Positions 1 to 13,261 of a stretch of 64,000 nt of DNA are shown piece by piece. Made by a program: the position numbers and the translations under genes. The stretch comes from Camelus ferus (taxonomy: Eukaryota). The notes beneath the pieces are model-generated. The model was not told where the DNA came from and searched no databases. It worked only from the letters and a program-made list of their open reading frames with translations. The stretch is from NCBI RefSeq assembly GCF_009834535.1, contig NC_045696.1, positions 85,872,001-85,936,000 on the forward strand. The letters are read 5' to 3'. Within the stretch, counting starts at the first letter, position 1, and each line of letters starts with the position of its first letter.

Positions 1-169
1 TACAGAAGGAGCATCTGGGTCCTGTTGCCTGTCAGGTGGAGGATCCTTCAGTCAGGTTCCAGTAGGTGCCAGCCGATTGATCTATACCTGTTACAAGTGC
101 TAGCAGGAAAACACCTGAGGGACATTTATTTTCAGTGAAAGCCAGTAATAGATCCTAATAATAAAAAAT

Positions 170-370
170 AAGGAGCAGTGTATCCAGAACCTATGTTCAA
201 GTATCAGCTCTACCACTTGCTAGCTGTATAGAGACAAATGCCTTAACCTCTGTATCTCAGTTTCTTTACCTGTAAAATCCGAAAATAACAGTGCATCTGT
301 GGTTGTTGCAAAGATTAAAAGATTTAATATGTGTAGCAATAACGTTAATTCTGCATGTTAGCTACTAGTA
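170..370 (+). mobile_element. MIR SINE
   Basis: MIR core-like motif 'gttcaagtatcagctctaccacttgctagctgt...ttaacctctgtatctcagtttctttacctgtaaaat'. Confidence 0.8.
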
Positions 371-1049
371 TATTAAGGTAAATATTTTAGCCACAAATTT
401 GAGCCTCTAAAATTAGAGATATCAAATATCCTTTCATTTGAATTTTGGTTAGTATTGTCAATATGGTGATTCTAGTTAGTTATTTTACTCAAGGAACATT
501 TTATTAAGAATTGTTAATCTCAATAGTTGTTTTCCTACACTTAAAATGACCTAGGGTTTAGGCTCTAGTCATACCTTAAATAAGGTTGGCCCAAATTAAA
601 TAGGACCTAATTATTTAGTGTTTTCAAAAAATGGTTGAAAATATTAAAAATGGAGTTACAATGGATGTGAAAGTAGTCTCCAAATCATAGAATTCTAGTA
701 CAAAGACTCTGGCCTTGGGGTTAAATGGAGAAAATAAAAGGATTACAGTGTTCAGTACTTTTCATGGATATCATTAAGAAGGAGTCTAGAATGAAATTCT
801 AAATAGGCTCAAGAAGAATTTACATAAATAATAAATAATTCACCAAAGAAATTATGGATATTTGGGTTACATAATTACATTATAGGATTTTTTATTTAGG
901 AAAATTGCTTGAAAGGAAATGTTAATTCTCTTTCCAATGCAATCTTTATTGCTCCTGTTAGAGGCAAAATATTATCCCAGTTGGATTATTTTAAATGAGC
1001 AGGATGATAATCATGTACATAGAAATTGTTAGTGAATATTAGACCCTGC

Positions 1050-1250
1050 AGTATTATAGAATGAGTGGTGAATTTGAATCAGAGTGGAGGTGCCTGTCTG
1101 GGTTTTGCTTCTGTATAGCTGCATGAGTATAAGCAAGACAGTTCATTTCTATGAGCCTTTGTTAGATGTAAAGTGAAAATTCCTATCTTTACCTTACAAT
1201 TTTAATTAAGACGAGATGAAAACAAGTTTATAGGACTTTGTAAACATTAA
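1050..1250 (+). mobile_element. Degenerate MIR SINE
   Basis: 'tttgaatcagag...ttgcttctgtatagctgcatgagtataagcaagacagttcatttctatgagcct...tgtaaagtg' follows the MIR core layout. Confidence 0.55.
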
Positions 1251-2020
1251 AAAAAATTGAAACAATATAGTAATTTTACAATTATATAATTATATATAAT
1301 AATTATGTATTATGTTAAAAACAGTGTAATTAAAAATTATTATTATTATTATCACTATGCCTTAACTAACCAGGAAAATAGCCCACTAGTCCATCACCAT
1401 GGTCATTTTTAAACATCCATTCTAGAATAAATGATCATTTAAAAATATTTTTAGCTGATGGAGATTGATCTGAATGATCTTATATAATTCAGGTTTTAGA
1501 TAAATTTTAGTTAAATGGGAAACCTTTCTTTTTGAAAATTTAAAAGTGCTGAATACTTCAATTTTTATTTTAAGTTCCAGAAACTAAAAATATATAATTC
1601 AAAATTCAAAAATTTTATTATAACATCAACTAGTTGAGAAATAGGCAAGTTAAGGGAAAATGATATGGTACACAGTAATGGATAAACCATGTCCTAAGAA
1701 GATGAACCAACCACTCTTGGAAATGAGAATTTCAGTTCGCTGAGCTTAATATGAACTGACGTAAATTCCCTGGTTTTCTAAATATCATCCAGTGATTTTT
1801 CCGAGGTTAACTTTAGTTCCTTTTACATGATTATTTTACTGGGTAGGGAAATAATCATGAACATGACACCAGCTCATTTTCTATTAAGTCCAAAAAACCC
1901 CAAAATTGTATGTGTCAAGTCAAAAGACTAATTCACTGATTTAGTCCTAAGAAAGAGAAGCAATTTAGGCTACAAAAAAACTTGACTTTCTCCAAACAGC
2001 TCTAATTTCATTGCACTTTC

Positions 2021-2048
2021 TAAATAAATAAATAAATAAATAAATAAA
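2021..2048 (+). repeat. (TAAA)7 microsatellite
   Basis: Perfect tetranucleotide run read directly. Confidence 0.95.
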
Positions 2049-2229
2049 CGCAAGTCATATTTACGACAAACGTTTTTATGCTTGCATACATAAAGATAAT
2101 TTTATTTTGCTACTCCAAAATTCCATAATAGTCTCTTCTTCTGTGAGATGAACATGTTCAATCCCCCTGTTCTAATCTCTTGTTACCTCTCTCAATGTAG
2201 CTACTCAGGTTCCTGCTGAACAGACAGCC

Positions 2230-2650
2230 AATAACCCCATCCCCATTGCTACTTGATTCAGAAGAGCAGATTCCGATTCATACCTGACTAACCTGTTTTT
2301 CTGTCTATGTAGTTGGAAATCATATTGAGGATACATTAGTTCTACTTAGCCTGTGTCAGCACTAGAATGAGGACTTGGCCAAAGAAGCAAAGAGAGAAGA
2401 TAGTCAGAGAGAAAGAGAAAAAGCAAAACAAAACAAAACAAAAAAACAACCAAATGAAACCAGAATCAAACTCAGAGAACAGCAGAGTGAAGAAACCACG
2501 TAGCTCTAGTAAGACTATTGCTCTGGTAGATTTCTAGTTCTTGCAAGTCCAAACTACACTTTTTGCTCTTGGTTTAATTAAGTTATACCTCTTTCCCTTA
2601 TATTAAAATTCCCCTTTCGGATTTTTTTTTAAGTGACTTTCAACAAAATA
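2230..2650 (+). mobile_element. Old MaLR LTR (MLT1J/K-like) fragment
   Basis: GA-rich middle 'gaagcaaagagagaaga...' and an end resembling the MLT1 3' end ('taaaattccccttt...gtgactttcaacaaaa'). Boundaries approximate. Confidence 0.45.
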
Positions 2651-2689
2651 ACTTGCCTGTGAAATAAAAAACACTAACTTGCACAGTTT

Positions 2690-2810
2690 ATTCATTTGCA
2701 ATTGATGAAATTGATGTACAGAATTTAATAGGCAGATTCACAGGTCACACTATTTGTCAGTGGTGAAGCTGGATTAGGACTCAGTCATTTCATTACTTCT
2801 TCTTTGTTCA
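2690..2810 (-). mobile_element. MIR fragment
   Basis: 'gatgaaattgatgtacaga...caggtcacactatttgtcagtggtgaagctggattaggactcag' resembles the reverse MIR core. Confidence 0.55.
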
Positions 2811-4199
2811 GTGTTCTTTTCATGTAGTCTATTCTGTTTGCCTTCATATTACTTTTCTGTTTAGATTCTCTTATTCTCTTTGTATCTCCACCTCCTACTA
2901 GATCTCATGTAGCCTAAATCACTTGAGTAAAGATTGAAGTCCTGCGATTTGGTGAAAAAAAAAAACAAACAACACAAAACACTGCAAGCATTTTATAAAT
3001 CTTCAGTTAGAGGAATACAGTTTTCAGAAAACATTTTTAAAATACAGAGTTTTTAACTGACTATGTAAGTCATAGAACCTTCCTTCCTGGAAAATGTAGT
3101 ATTGCATTCTTACTACTATTCCTAGGCAGGAGGTCTCTTTGAAATGTAAGAAATTATATACGATGTATAGTTTATTAAGCTCTGACAGAAAAAAAGAGAG
3201 TAGAGTTACGGATTCACTCGGTCATTCATGAACAGTTCCTACCAATTTTCTTACAAGGGAAGACTTCTGATTTAGGGTATAAAGAGCAAAATCCAACCAA
3301 CAAGCATTTTCAGCACATCACAATTAAGATCAAAGCTTCTAAAAATCCAGCTGTAAATTTCTTTTAATTAGCTTGCTACTCAGTACAACACATGTTGCAA
3401 GTATTCCTTCTTGAATAACTTCCTTGAATAATGCAGCTGGGAGTATAGTCAGTTGAGCATTGATGCAGCTGGGTAGCTGAAAAGATGAAAATCAAATGTG
3501 AATTCTGATGAAGTAATTTCATTTTGAGCCTTTCATATTTCTTCCCCCCTAAATTAAAAAGAAATGAAACCTTGAGTTCAGCTGGTTCACTGCATACTCC
3601 ATACCAATTCATATTTTTGGATAATAAGAGTATTTTGTGCAAAATGAATACTAAATGTAAAATTCTATTTTCTCATCTAATACTGAGAAAGGTTTTTGTG
3701 TATGGAGCCTATAGTAATTTGATGTGATAATATAATAGCTGACCTGATTTGTGAAGGGAGGTGAAAATGTTATTTTTACTAATATAGTATATGCTGCCAT
3801 AATTTTTCATGATGAAATGTTATCTTCTCTAAAAATGCTCACTTACAGTATGCTCAGTTTCAATAAGAATTCTATTGTGAAATAACTACAATGATTGTTC
3901 TGGGATAATCTTTGCATTGTGAAATCATATCAGTAAGTTTTCAGAGACCATTTTTTCACCACATACTTATAATGCAGTGAATGCCTTCAGAAATTTAATC
4001 AGCTGATAATATCATAATTTCAAGCAATATATTCATGAAATTTAATCACTATAATGGAAATATCTCCTTGTTTTAGTTGTATGTGTGATAGCTCATTTTA
4101 ATTACAGTATAGATTTTATTTTTAGCTATCATTTTTTGTGTTAGTATAATATCTAAATATGTTGGACTTTAAAATTTTAGAATATAAAAAAGTGCTTTA

Positions 4200-4335
4200 A
4201 TCCATTAATTTATTATTTATTTATCCAATAAATACTTATCCAAAAATATCTATCCAAAAAATATTTATCAAGCACCCATTATATGCCAGGTGGTATGTTA
4301 GGTACTGGAATTATAGAAATGGATAATACAAATGT
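4200..4335 (-). mobile_element. L2 LINE 3' end
   Basis: 'atttatcaagcacccattatatgccaggtggtatgttaggtactgg' is the typical reverse L2 tail. Confidence 0.65.
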
Positions 4336-4389
4336 TGGTTTTCAGATCCAAAATATTTCTAGAAAAAGAGAAACCATCTTACAAACAAA

Positions 4390-5253
4390 AAAAGACTACA
4401 CACCTCTCAGAATGGCTAAAAAAAGTGACAATACAAAATGCTGTCAAGAATGTGAAAAAATGGTATCACTCATACATTGCTGGTGAGAAGGCAAACAGTT
4501 CAGCCACGGTAGAAAAATTGAGAGTTCCTTATACAACTAAACATGTAATTACCCTATGACCCAGCATTTATACTCCTGGGAATTTATCCTACAGAAATGA
4601 AAACTTGTGTTCATACAAAAGTTGTACACAAATGTTCATAGCAGCTTTGTGTGTAATAGTCAAAAACTGGAAACAGTCCACATGTTCTTTAAAAGGTGAC
4701 TAGCTAATGTACGGGCATACCATGGAAACTATATATATATATATCAATAAAAAGGAACTAACTCTTGAATCATGTAACAACTTGGATGAAACTCCAGGGA
4801 ATAATGCTGGGTGAAAATACCCAATTTCTAAAGGTTACAAAATATATTATTCCATTTATATAATATTTTTGAAATAATAAATGATTAAAATAAAAAACAG
4901 ATTAGTGATTGCCAGTGGGAGGGAGGGGGCTGTGGTTATAAAAGAGCAACATGAGCGATATTTGTGATGGACTGTTCAGTATCCTGACTGCTGTGGAGGA
5001 TATATGAACATACAGATATGTGATAAAATTGTATCAAACTAAATACATACACACACTCAAATGAGTACAGATAAAATTGGTGAAATACAAGTAAGGTCAG
5101 TGGATTTAATCAATTTCAACATTTTGGTTGTAATATTATAGTTTTGCAAAATGTTACTATTGGGGAAAATTGAGTAAAATGTACATGGCATCTCTGTATT
5201 ACTTCTTACAACTACAGGGAATATACAGTTATCTCAAAATTTTCAGTAAAAAT
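4390..5253 (+). mobile_element. L1 (L1MD-like) ORF2 C-terminus and 3' UTR, 5'-truncated
   Basis: 'actacacacctctcagaatggctaaaa...gacaatacaaaatgctgtcaagaatgtg' (track peptide DYTPLRMAKKSDNTKCCQECEKMVSLIHCW, L1 ORF2 C-terminal region), 'ccctatgacccagcatttatactcctggg', and an L1MD-type tail 'aatgagtacagataaaattggtgaaat...ttatctcaaaat'. Confidence 0.9.
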
Positions 5254-5371
5254 AGTACAGTGAAATATGAGAATTGGTTTCATAGAAGTCTGCATAGGAT
5301 GTAGTAGGACCACAAGGGGAATGCAGTACCTGAGTGCAATGCAACTGTGTGCATTTTTCCATTGTTGGTTA

Positions 5372-5680
5372 ATTGATTCATCCACTTATTCAGTATGTAT
5401 TTATTGAGCACCTAGTATGTTTCAGGCATGGATTATATAACATTGAATTAAACATACAAACATTCTTGGCCTGATGTTCCTTCTATTCTAGTGGAGAGAG
5501 AAAAAAATTAAAAATTGAGTGAAATGTATAGTATATTAAATTGTGAAAAATTATATGATAAAAAAATACAGCAGGGAATGGGGAGAAAGAATAAAGCAGC
5601 AGGGATAGGGTAGGGTAGGTGATAAATGCTGCAACATTTACTCTGAATGAAAAGGGCAGTCCTGGAGAGAAATACCATTT
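5372..5680 (-). mobile_element. L2 LINE 3' fragment
   Basis: 'ttcatccacttattcagtatgtatttattgagcacctagtatgtttcaggca...ctattctagtggagagag'. Confidence 0.75.
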
Positions 5681-5689
5681 TTAAAAAAA

Positions 5690-5865
5690 TTTTTGTTTGT
5701 TTTCTGAAGAATAATATAATTTCATAAAGTGCACCTACCATATGATTAAAGCTGGATGAATTTTTACTGAATCCACTGTGAAATCAATACCCCAGATAAG
5801 AAACAAAATCCACCTCATGGAGCCCACCTCACGGTACGAACAGATAAAGATAAAATTAACTCTTC
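5690..5865 (-). mobile_element. Old L1 3' end fragment
   Basis: 'ataaagtgcac...gctggatgaattttt...ccagataagaaacaaaat' resembles a reverse L1MD/ME tail. Confidence 0.5.
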
Positions 5866-5879
5866 TAATTTGGAAGCTA

Positions 5880-6060
5880 TCTGGTGGATCTGGAGCCAAA
5901 AACTGTTTTTCAACACTGGCTCCATCTCTAGCTTTTCACATGGCCTCAGTTTCTTCATTTGTTAAATATTAATGAACTTAGTTCAGAGAATGTTATGAAC
6001 GCTAGAGACATTGAAAGTGCCTTAAAATGATTAAGGTGTGCATACATTAAAGTTATTATT
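5880..6060 (+). mobile_element. MIR fragment
   Basis: 'tggagccaaaaactg...ggcctcagtttcttcatttgttaaat...aaagtgcct'. Confidence 0.55.
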
Positions 6061-8659
6061 AGACTAAAAATTATTGGACTAGAAAGCTTGATTGCTTAGC
6101 AGCTACAAGTCTAATTTTTTGAGGAGTTTTTATCACTTGAAAGTTATACAAGGGTATTCTAAATTCCTATTTAATTCTTACACTCTCCTGGTAATTCAGG
6201 TATCAGTTTGTTTTTTCATTAGTGTTTTTTAATACTTAACAATTTAAATAACAAGACTTTCTCTAGCTATGTTATTGTGATTGAAAGATTCTGAACAATA
6301 TATCTGTTTTAAAAATGTACTGATTAAATGTGACCAAAGCTATATATATATTTTTTTTCCTGAAATGACAGGTCGTTCACATCTCTAGAAAAGCATGTGA
6401 TTTTTCAAGTAAAAGGTAGCATCTTCTATGTTACGTTTCCATTAGCCTTTTTTCCCACCTTAAGAGGTTTGGTTTCCCAGTGAGAGAATGAATGAAAAAT
6501 TTTGTTGTGTCTGCTTTATAAAATTCAGTAAAATTCTCTAACCTTTCTTAAGTCATTTCAGTTTCATTTATGTGATATGATTTCTTTTTATTCTATTCTG
6601 CAATGATTATACATTTCATAATATTTTTCCAGAACACAATAATAGCATAATAGCCATGTTTGATTTTTGATTTATGTCTTACTTTAACCTCTCCCCTTTT
6701 TGATCAAACTATGACAACATGATATTTTAAAACAATTTTTCTTTCAAACTGAAAAGAACAGTGTAACCAGTAACCTACAGTGTTTATTATACTTAACTGT
6801 GGGATGGTACTTTGCAACTAGGTTGGATGTTTCAGTGGATGTTTCAGTATTCCTAGAATTTAAGTAAAAGGAAACCACTCATTTAAGGATCATGGATAGA
6901 TATTAAGTGGTCATATGTGCCTAGTGTGTGTTATTTCCTACTAAAGAACGTCTCAAATTAAACTTGGTTTATTTTTCTGTGTAAAATTAAAAAGGCAATT
7001 TAAAGCAGACACCAGTAAAACAAAATAAGGACTTGTAGTGCAGAGATTAGCTGGGTTCTGATCTCTCAGCAATTATCAAATGACTGCTGCATGTTGGGGG
7101 TTAGTGAGTGATAAGAAAGTGACCAAGTTGTTTCATAAGAAAGCCAATACTCCAGTGATAATTGAGCCTTGACTGCCTTATTTCATAGGCTCTGAAAGAA
7201 GCTAATCTCATAATTTCATTATTTACATGAAATCAAATTGAACCAAATACTTTGTCAGCCTGCATTCCCATGGATTATTAAAGATAAAGAGATTAAGCAT
7301 ACAGTTTTAAGTATATTCAGAATTTTCTTATGCACTTGATTCATTTCCTCATATTCTGTGCATAAGGCTGAGGAAAATGAAGAATAGCTCATTTCCTATT
7401 TAAAACAGTAATAATTTTTATTTCCAGCAGTTATATCATTTTAAGAGTTGTTTGCTCTTGATGAATGAATTTAAGTAGAACCTGAGAGATGGAAAAGAAT
7501 TACAATCTTAGATTCATTATATTTCAGTAAAGTGACAATGTCCTTCAACAATTGCACTTGATAAAGATAGTTTCAAATAGTTTCAAACAATGCTAACCAC
7601 AAAATTTAGACTCATGATTAGTGACAGGATTTCTTTTAAATTGAAGAGTGTAATTTTAAAACATTCCTCAAATTTTATTTTCATCATATTGAAATAAGAA
7701 GATTATATGTTAGTACTGACCATTCTTCTTTCCAAAAATAAATTTAGATCAAGACGTATAGGTCACATATACCAGTGAGACTGTTTCTATCAAATATTGC
7801 AGTAAACCTCCCCCCAAATTCTCATTTTTACTTTATTGTCTTCCGGATAGCTTTAGAGGTGCAATCGTGTACACATTTTTTATATTAAACAAAGAAGTGA
7901 CATTCAGAGGTTGTTTACACTGTCATCATGTCTGTGTTATAACTCCATTATCTTGTTAACAGAGAGAGCTTCCTGACTAAAAGGCAACCAAAGTATAGTC
8001 TAGAGCCTAGAGTCTAAAAAGTAATCTATGTGGAGGTCAGTAGGAAGACTCCACTTAACAAGATTTCCCTGGAAGGATTACAAACTCAAATGCTTATAAT
8101 GGCCTATGATGTTTGTGATTTTTAAAAAAATATTTCAGCATTGACAGTGCTGTATCATTAGTATGTGCACATGTTTGCAAGTGTATGTGCGTGTGCACGC
8201 ATGCTAGTTAGATTGAGGAACACCCCAGGTGAATTAATTGCTCAGATCAGTTATTCAGTCTTTAGAGTAGGCATGTAATCAAGAAGGCCTCATTTGAGAG
8301 ATAGTAACTTTAAGTGGTTCAAGTTACCGAACTACATACGAAGTTTCAACTAGTTAACAAATAAATGTCACAATTTTCTCGTGAAAACATTGCAATCCAT
8401 ATTTTACAGATTGACTGAAATAGTCTTAGGACACTCCTTGCAAGAGATGTTTCTTGTGAACCACCTCATGTCCCCTTAGCTTCACCTCTAATTTAGCAGC
8501 TCCTGCAGTAAACATTCTAGGCAGGCTTCCATGCAGTTTATAATGATCAACATCCTACCAAATCTGATATGTCCTTTATTCACTTTAAGAAGGAATATGA
8601 GCAAAGCATATCATCCTCAAGAATTTATAGCCACATTTAGCTGACTGGTGATCTGTGAA

Positions 8660-8850
8660 ACAGTGTTTTCTGTCTAGTGTTAAGTTTTTTTAAAATTTAA
8701 ATTAAATATGTTAAGAAAATACCAGTTAAAACAAAGTTAAATAGGTTACTTTATTGTAGGACAACACAGAACCATTAATATGCTAAATAATACTGTGGCT
8801 TTTACAAAAAAGAGATTCTGCGCAATGTATACATTTCTTACACCCAGAAA
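8660..8850. mobile_element. MER103-like hAT-Charlie MITE
   Basis: 'aaacaaagttaaataggttactttattgtaggacaacacagaaccattaatatgctaaa' matches the recalled MER103C core. Confidence 0.6.
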
Positions 8851-10287
8851 ACACACACACACACGCAGAGGGAGAAGAGCTATAACAAGATATTAAGGGC
8901 AGTTACATATGGCCAGCTCTATCTAGTTTCCTGTTTATAAATTCTCAACAAATGCATAAGCTATGTTTATAAATAAATTAAAAAAAACCCAGAGTGCTAC
9001 TCGTAGCTTTATACTTTTAAAAATTTTATTGCCATGAAAGAAAATGATTCACTTGGGTTAGGGTGGTTGACCCCCATTATTTTTATCAATTGCAGAAGGA
9101 TTTTGTTAAGCTTCTCAGGAAAAACATTAGGGATTTTTCTTGATTGGATTCTCTCAGAAAACTGTAAATTACTTTCAGAACATATTTTTTTCCCTGGCGA
9201 GGTCCACGATGTCCGGTTAGACATAGGGTCTATCTGAATCCCTCTTTAGAGCACCAGGAGAGTTGTTTCGTTACCTTTTCAAAACAGTGATGCTGGAGAA
9301 AGCCAGGCAGAACAATGAGGACACAACTACTGATTCTTACCAAAGACAATGGAACACACAAGAAGCCAGTGAATCGCAGAAGTTGTCTTCAACTTGCAGG
9401 ATCTAGTTAACTCTTTACGCATCTCACAATTTTCTACTTATTGACACCTTTCAGTGTGATGCAATCATCTTTGAACTTCCTACTCAAACTTTCTCCTGAT
9501 AGGAACTAAGTCATATGTGAACCCTAAACTAATTACAGTTTACATTGCAAAAAAGATTGTCTGATCATAATGACTACTAAAATAGGGATCCTATTTGGGA
9601 AAACTGGAAGAGGATCACACTCCATGAGACATTCAGTTGTCTTTGGTAGTGTGGGTAAAAGAATGCAAATCTGGCCACAGTTTATTCTGTTTTCTTTCCA
9701 TGTTTTGCCATGTTTCTCTGTTTGTGGGAGCCCACAAGTTTTCCCACTTTCCTTAAGGTCTAATTGAACTGTACATTTTCTCTGAATATACGAATTTACT
9801 AGCTTGAAATATTTTGATCTGCTCATGAATATTGATGCTGTAATATATGTTTAATAAGTTAGAAATTTCAGTATGCAATCCAGCTTTGATGTCTTTCATG
9901 AACTTTTCAGATGGTTGTACCTGTTGCCATCTCTCAGAAACAGGAAATAGGTTGGATGGACCATGAGTCTGGTCTGATAAAACAATACTCTAAACTGAAG
10001 TTGCCTTGAATTACTGTAGTGTTTCCACAAAGCTCCGTGCATTTTTTATTGTCTTTTATCATTCAATTGCCTGTAGTTTAACAGACAAGTGAATTTGTTA
10101 GTCTTAAATTTATATCCAATATAATGAATTATTTTCTTTGTAAGAAAGCACAGACATAAGGTTGCATTCCTGATCCTCAGAATAATAGAGACAGTTACAA
10201 CAAAGAGATTAATTCCCTAAGGCAATATATAGCATATAAATTGCTGTCAGCCTCACAAATTAAAAAATATATATGGCAATGTTTATA

Positions 10288-10620
10288 CAGGTCCTCTGCC
10301 TATTTTAGTTAGATTTTTGGTTTTTTGTGTTGAGTTTATGAGTTCTTTGTATATTTTGGATATTAACCCCTTATCAGATATATTGTTTGCAAATATATTC
10401 TCAGTAGGTTGCATTTTCATTTTATTGATAGTTTTCTTTGCTGTGCAGAAGTTTTTAAGTTTGATATAATCTCATTAATTTATTTTTACTTCTGTTTCCT
10501 TTGCTTAAGGAGACAGAGACCAAAAAAAAAAAAAAAATACAGCTAAGATCAATGTCAAAAAGCATACTGCTTATGTTTTCTTTTAGGAGTTTAATGGTTT
10601 CAGGTTTTACATTTATGTCT
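10288..10620 (-). mobile_element. L1 ORF2 3' region fragment
   Basis: 'gttctttgtatattttggatattaaccccttatcagatatattgtttgcaaatatattctc...ctttgctgtgcagaagtttttaagtttgat' is canonical antisense L1. Confidence 0.9.
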
Positions 10621-11018
10621 GCTCCATATTCATTGATATATCCACTTTTATATTCTGTCTATCAAGATTTCAGCAAATTTCCATGCTGCTTCTGATGCCT
10701 GTTCCTCTATACTCTCAATGATTTTTATGGATTTTTATCTTTTCTTTTGGTACAACTTATATAAATAGAATTCTGGGGAAGTAAATTCATGTGTCTAGCC
10801 CACCATGTTGAGCTAGATGTCACCTTTTCATATATTTAATTGTCATCTATCTATTACCTACTTAAAGCTCATCTACTTTGATTGTTTTAAAAAAGAGGAC
10901 TCCTACATAAAATTTAATGGCCTTTGAAATATAAAATTAATTAATGCAGAGCTCTCTCTACACAAAGAAAAAAAAAGAGAATTGTCAAGTTGAAATAAGG
11001 AGGAAGAATAGTTAACTA

Positions 11019-11486
11019 CAGACAATTCCCGACTTACCATGGTTTGACTTATGATTTTTTTTATTTTTTGAACTTCACAATGGTGTGAAAGCTATGAATT
11101 CAGTAGAAACTGTACTTCTTTGAATTGTGATCTTTTCCTGGGCTAGCGAGATGTGCCATGATACTCCCTCAAAATGCAGCAGCTCCCAGTCAGTCATGGG
11201 GGTCAGGAGGGTAAACAGCCTGTATACTTACAGCCATTCTGTACCCACGTGACCATTCTGTTTTTTACTTTCAGTTCTGTATCCAATAAATTACATAAAA
11301 TATTCAACATTTTATTATAAAATAGTCTTTGCGTTAGATGATTTTTGCCCAAATAATGTAAGTGTTCTGAGTAAGTTTAAGGTAGGCTAGGCTAAGCTAT
11401 GACGTTCAGTACATTATGTTAAATGCATTTTAACTCAACGATGAGTTTATCAGGATGTAACACCATCCCAAGTTCAGGAAGATCTG
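11019..11486 (-). mobile_element. Tigger5/MER47-type TcMar-Tigger element
   Basis: TA dinucleotides flank both ends. Terminal inverted repeats 'cagacaattcccgactt' and 'aagttcaggaagatctg'. Internal 'ggtaggctaggctaagctatgacgttc' and 'gcagctcccagtcag' match MER47/Tigger5. Confidence 0.85.
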
Positions 11487-12219
11487 TATTTTCATTATTT
11501 CCTCAATCTCAAACTAAAACTGAAAGGACATATTCAGAAGGGAACATCAACTAAAGGAGATACCTATGTGTGTAGGCATCACCTTCAACTAATAGTTGAT
11601 TTTTACATAAAGCCTAGAAGTAATTAGAAAATATTATACTATAAAAATTATTACAAAAGGCTACTGTCCAATATCTTGTGAAAGCTCTCCTATTTCAAAC
11701 TCCTTTGATAAAATTCTCTCAGGGTTAAAAGATATTAAGAAGCTGGCAGATTTCCAAAGAAGAAATACATTTTTAACAGATAGTAAGTTATTATCTAAAA
11801 ATTTTCCCCACTCCCTTGGCTTTTTGTAAGTGTGGAGCTGTTTTCTACTCAGTGGTGTTTACATTTTAAAATTCTGCCTTCATTTAAAATTAGACTTTTG
11901 TGTTTTTATTATAAATCATTACAGAGACTTTTCTGGAAGCTGGTAATGTATAAAAATATAAATAAATTCTGCTTACACTTACACAGGTTTTATTCAATTT
12001 TTTCTTTTATAGATTGAATAGAAGATTTATCTCATTCCTTTTATGGGAGAAAGAAAAATATGTGACATAAATTGTGTAACTTTCTGCCAAGAAAAAGCAG
12101 CTGAGTTTATTTTACATGAATGAAGAAGGGAATCATCAGGCAATGTCCTCCTTCTCTGCCATCTTGGGGTAAGTTTTCTCTTGAGGATTCTGGCCTCTTT
12201 GTATATTTCAGGCAGCAGT

Positions 12220-13225
12220 AAATTCTGTGGGTTTGGGCAAATGTATACTAACATGTATCTGCCCTTATATTATCATACAGAATAGTTTTATTGTCATAAA
12301 ACCCCTCTATGCTCTGACTATTCATCTCTCTTCTCACTAACCCCTGATGGATAATCACTGATCTTTGTACTGTCTGTGGTTTTGCATTTCCATAGTGTCG
12401 TATGGTTGGAATCATAATACAAAGCTTTTTCATATTCGCTTCTTTTACCTAGTAATATGCATTTGAGGTTCCTCCATGTCATCTCATAGCTTGATAACTC
12501 ATTTCTTTTCAGTGCTGGTTAATATTCCCTTGTCTGGGTATACCACAGTTTATTTACTCATTCACCTATTGAAGGACATCTTGGTAGCTTCAAGGTTTGG
12601 GCAATTATGAATAAAGTTGTTTAAACCATGTGCAAGTTTTTGTTTGGACATAATGTTTTCAATTCATTTGGATAAATACTGAAGAGTATGATGTCCAGAC
12701 TGTAGGGTAAATATATGTTCTGTTTTATAAGAAACTGCCAAACTGTCTTCCAGAGTGGCTGTATCATTTTGAATTCCCACCAGCAGTGAATGAGAGTTCC
12801 TGTTGTTCCACATTCTTGCCAGTATTTAGTGTTGTCAGTGGTTGTGATTTTGGCCTTTGTAATAGGTGAATAGTAGTAGCTTATTGTTTTAATTTTTGAT
12901 TCCCTCATGGCATGTAGCATTGAACATCTTTGCATGTGCTTATTTGCCCTCTGTATATCTTTTTAGGTGAGGTGTCTGCACAGGCCTTTTGTTCAGTTTT
13001 ATTCAAGAGGTTCATATTCTGATTGTTGAGTTTTAAGAGTTCTTTGTCTATTTTGGATGACAGTCCTTTATCAGATGTCTTTTGCAAATAGTCTCATAGT
13101 CTGTGATTTGTCTTCTCATTCTAGTGCCATTATCTTCCGCAAAGCAGAGGTTATTAATTATATTCAAGTGTAGTTTATTGATTATTTTATGGAACTTGCC
13201 TTTGAAGTAGAATCTCAAAAAAGAG
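12220..13225 (-). mobile_element. L1 (L1MC1/2-like) ORF2 C-terminus and 3' UTR
   Basis: Track ORFs 12621-12935 (GTTGTLIHCWWEFKMIQPLWKTVWQFL) and 12905-13087 (SDKGLSSKIDKELLKLN) are degraded L1 ORF2. 3' UTR motif 'tcattcacctattgaaggacatcttgg'. Confidence 0.92.
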
Positions 13226-13261
13226 TTTGAGGCTTTGGAACACAGCTTCTTACCCTAGAAT

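Noticed and set aside
3376..3642. Cys-rich 88-aa ORF with an acceptor-like site at ~3478 (minus strand)
   Set aside because: No recognisable protein in any frame and no convincing donor. A regulatory reading fits better.
12621..13087. ORFs with real protein similarity
   Set aside because: They are decayed L1 ORF2 pieces, not host genes.
4390..13225. Inverted pair of L1 3' ends as a possible dsRNA source
   Set aside because: They appear to be different old subfamilies, are strongly diverged and lie about 7 kb apart. This is an ordinary arrangement.
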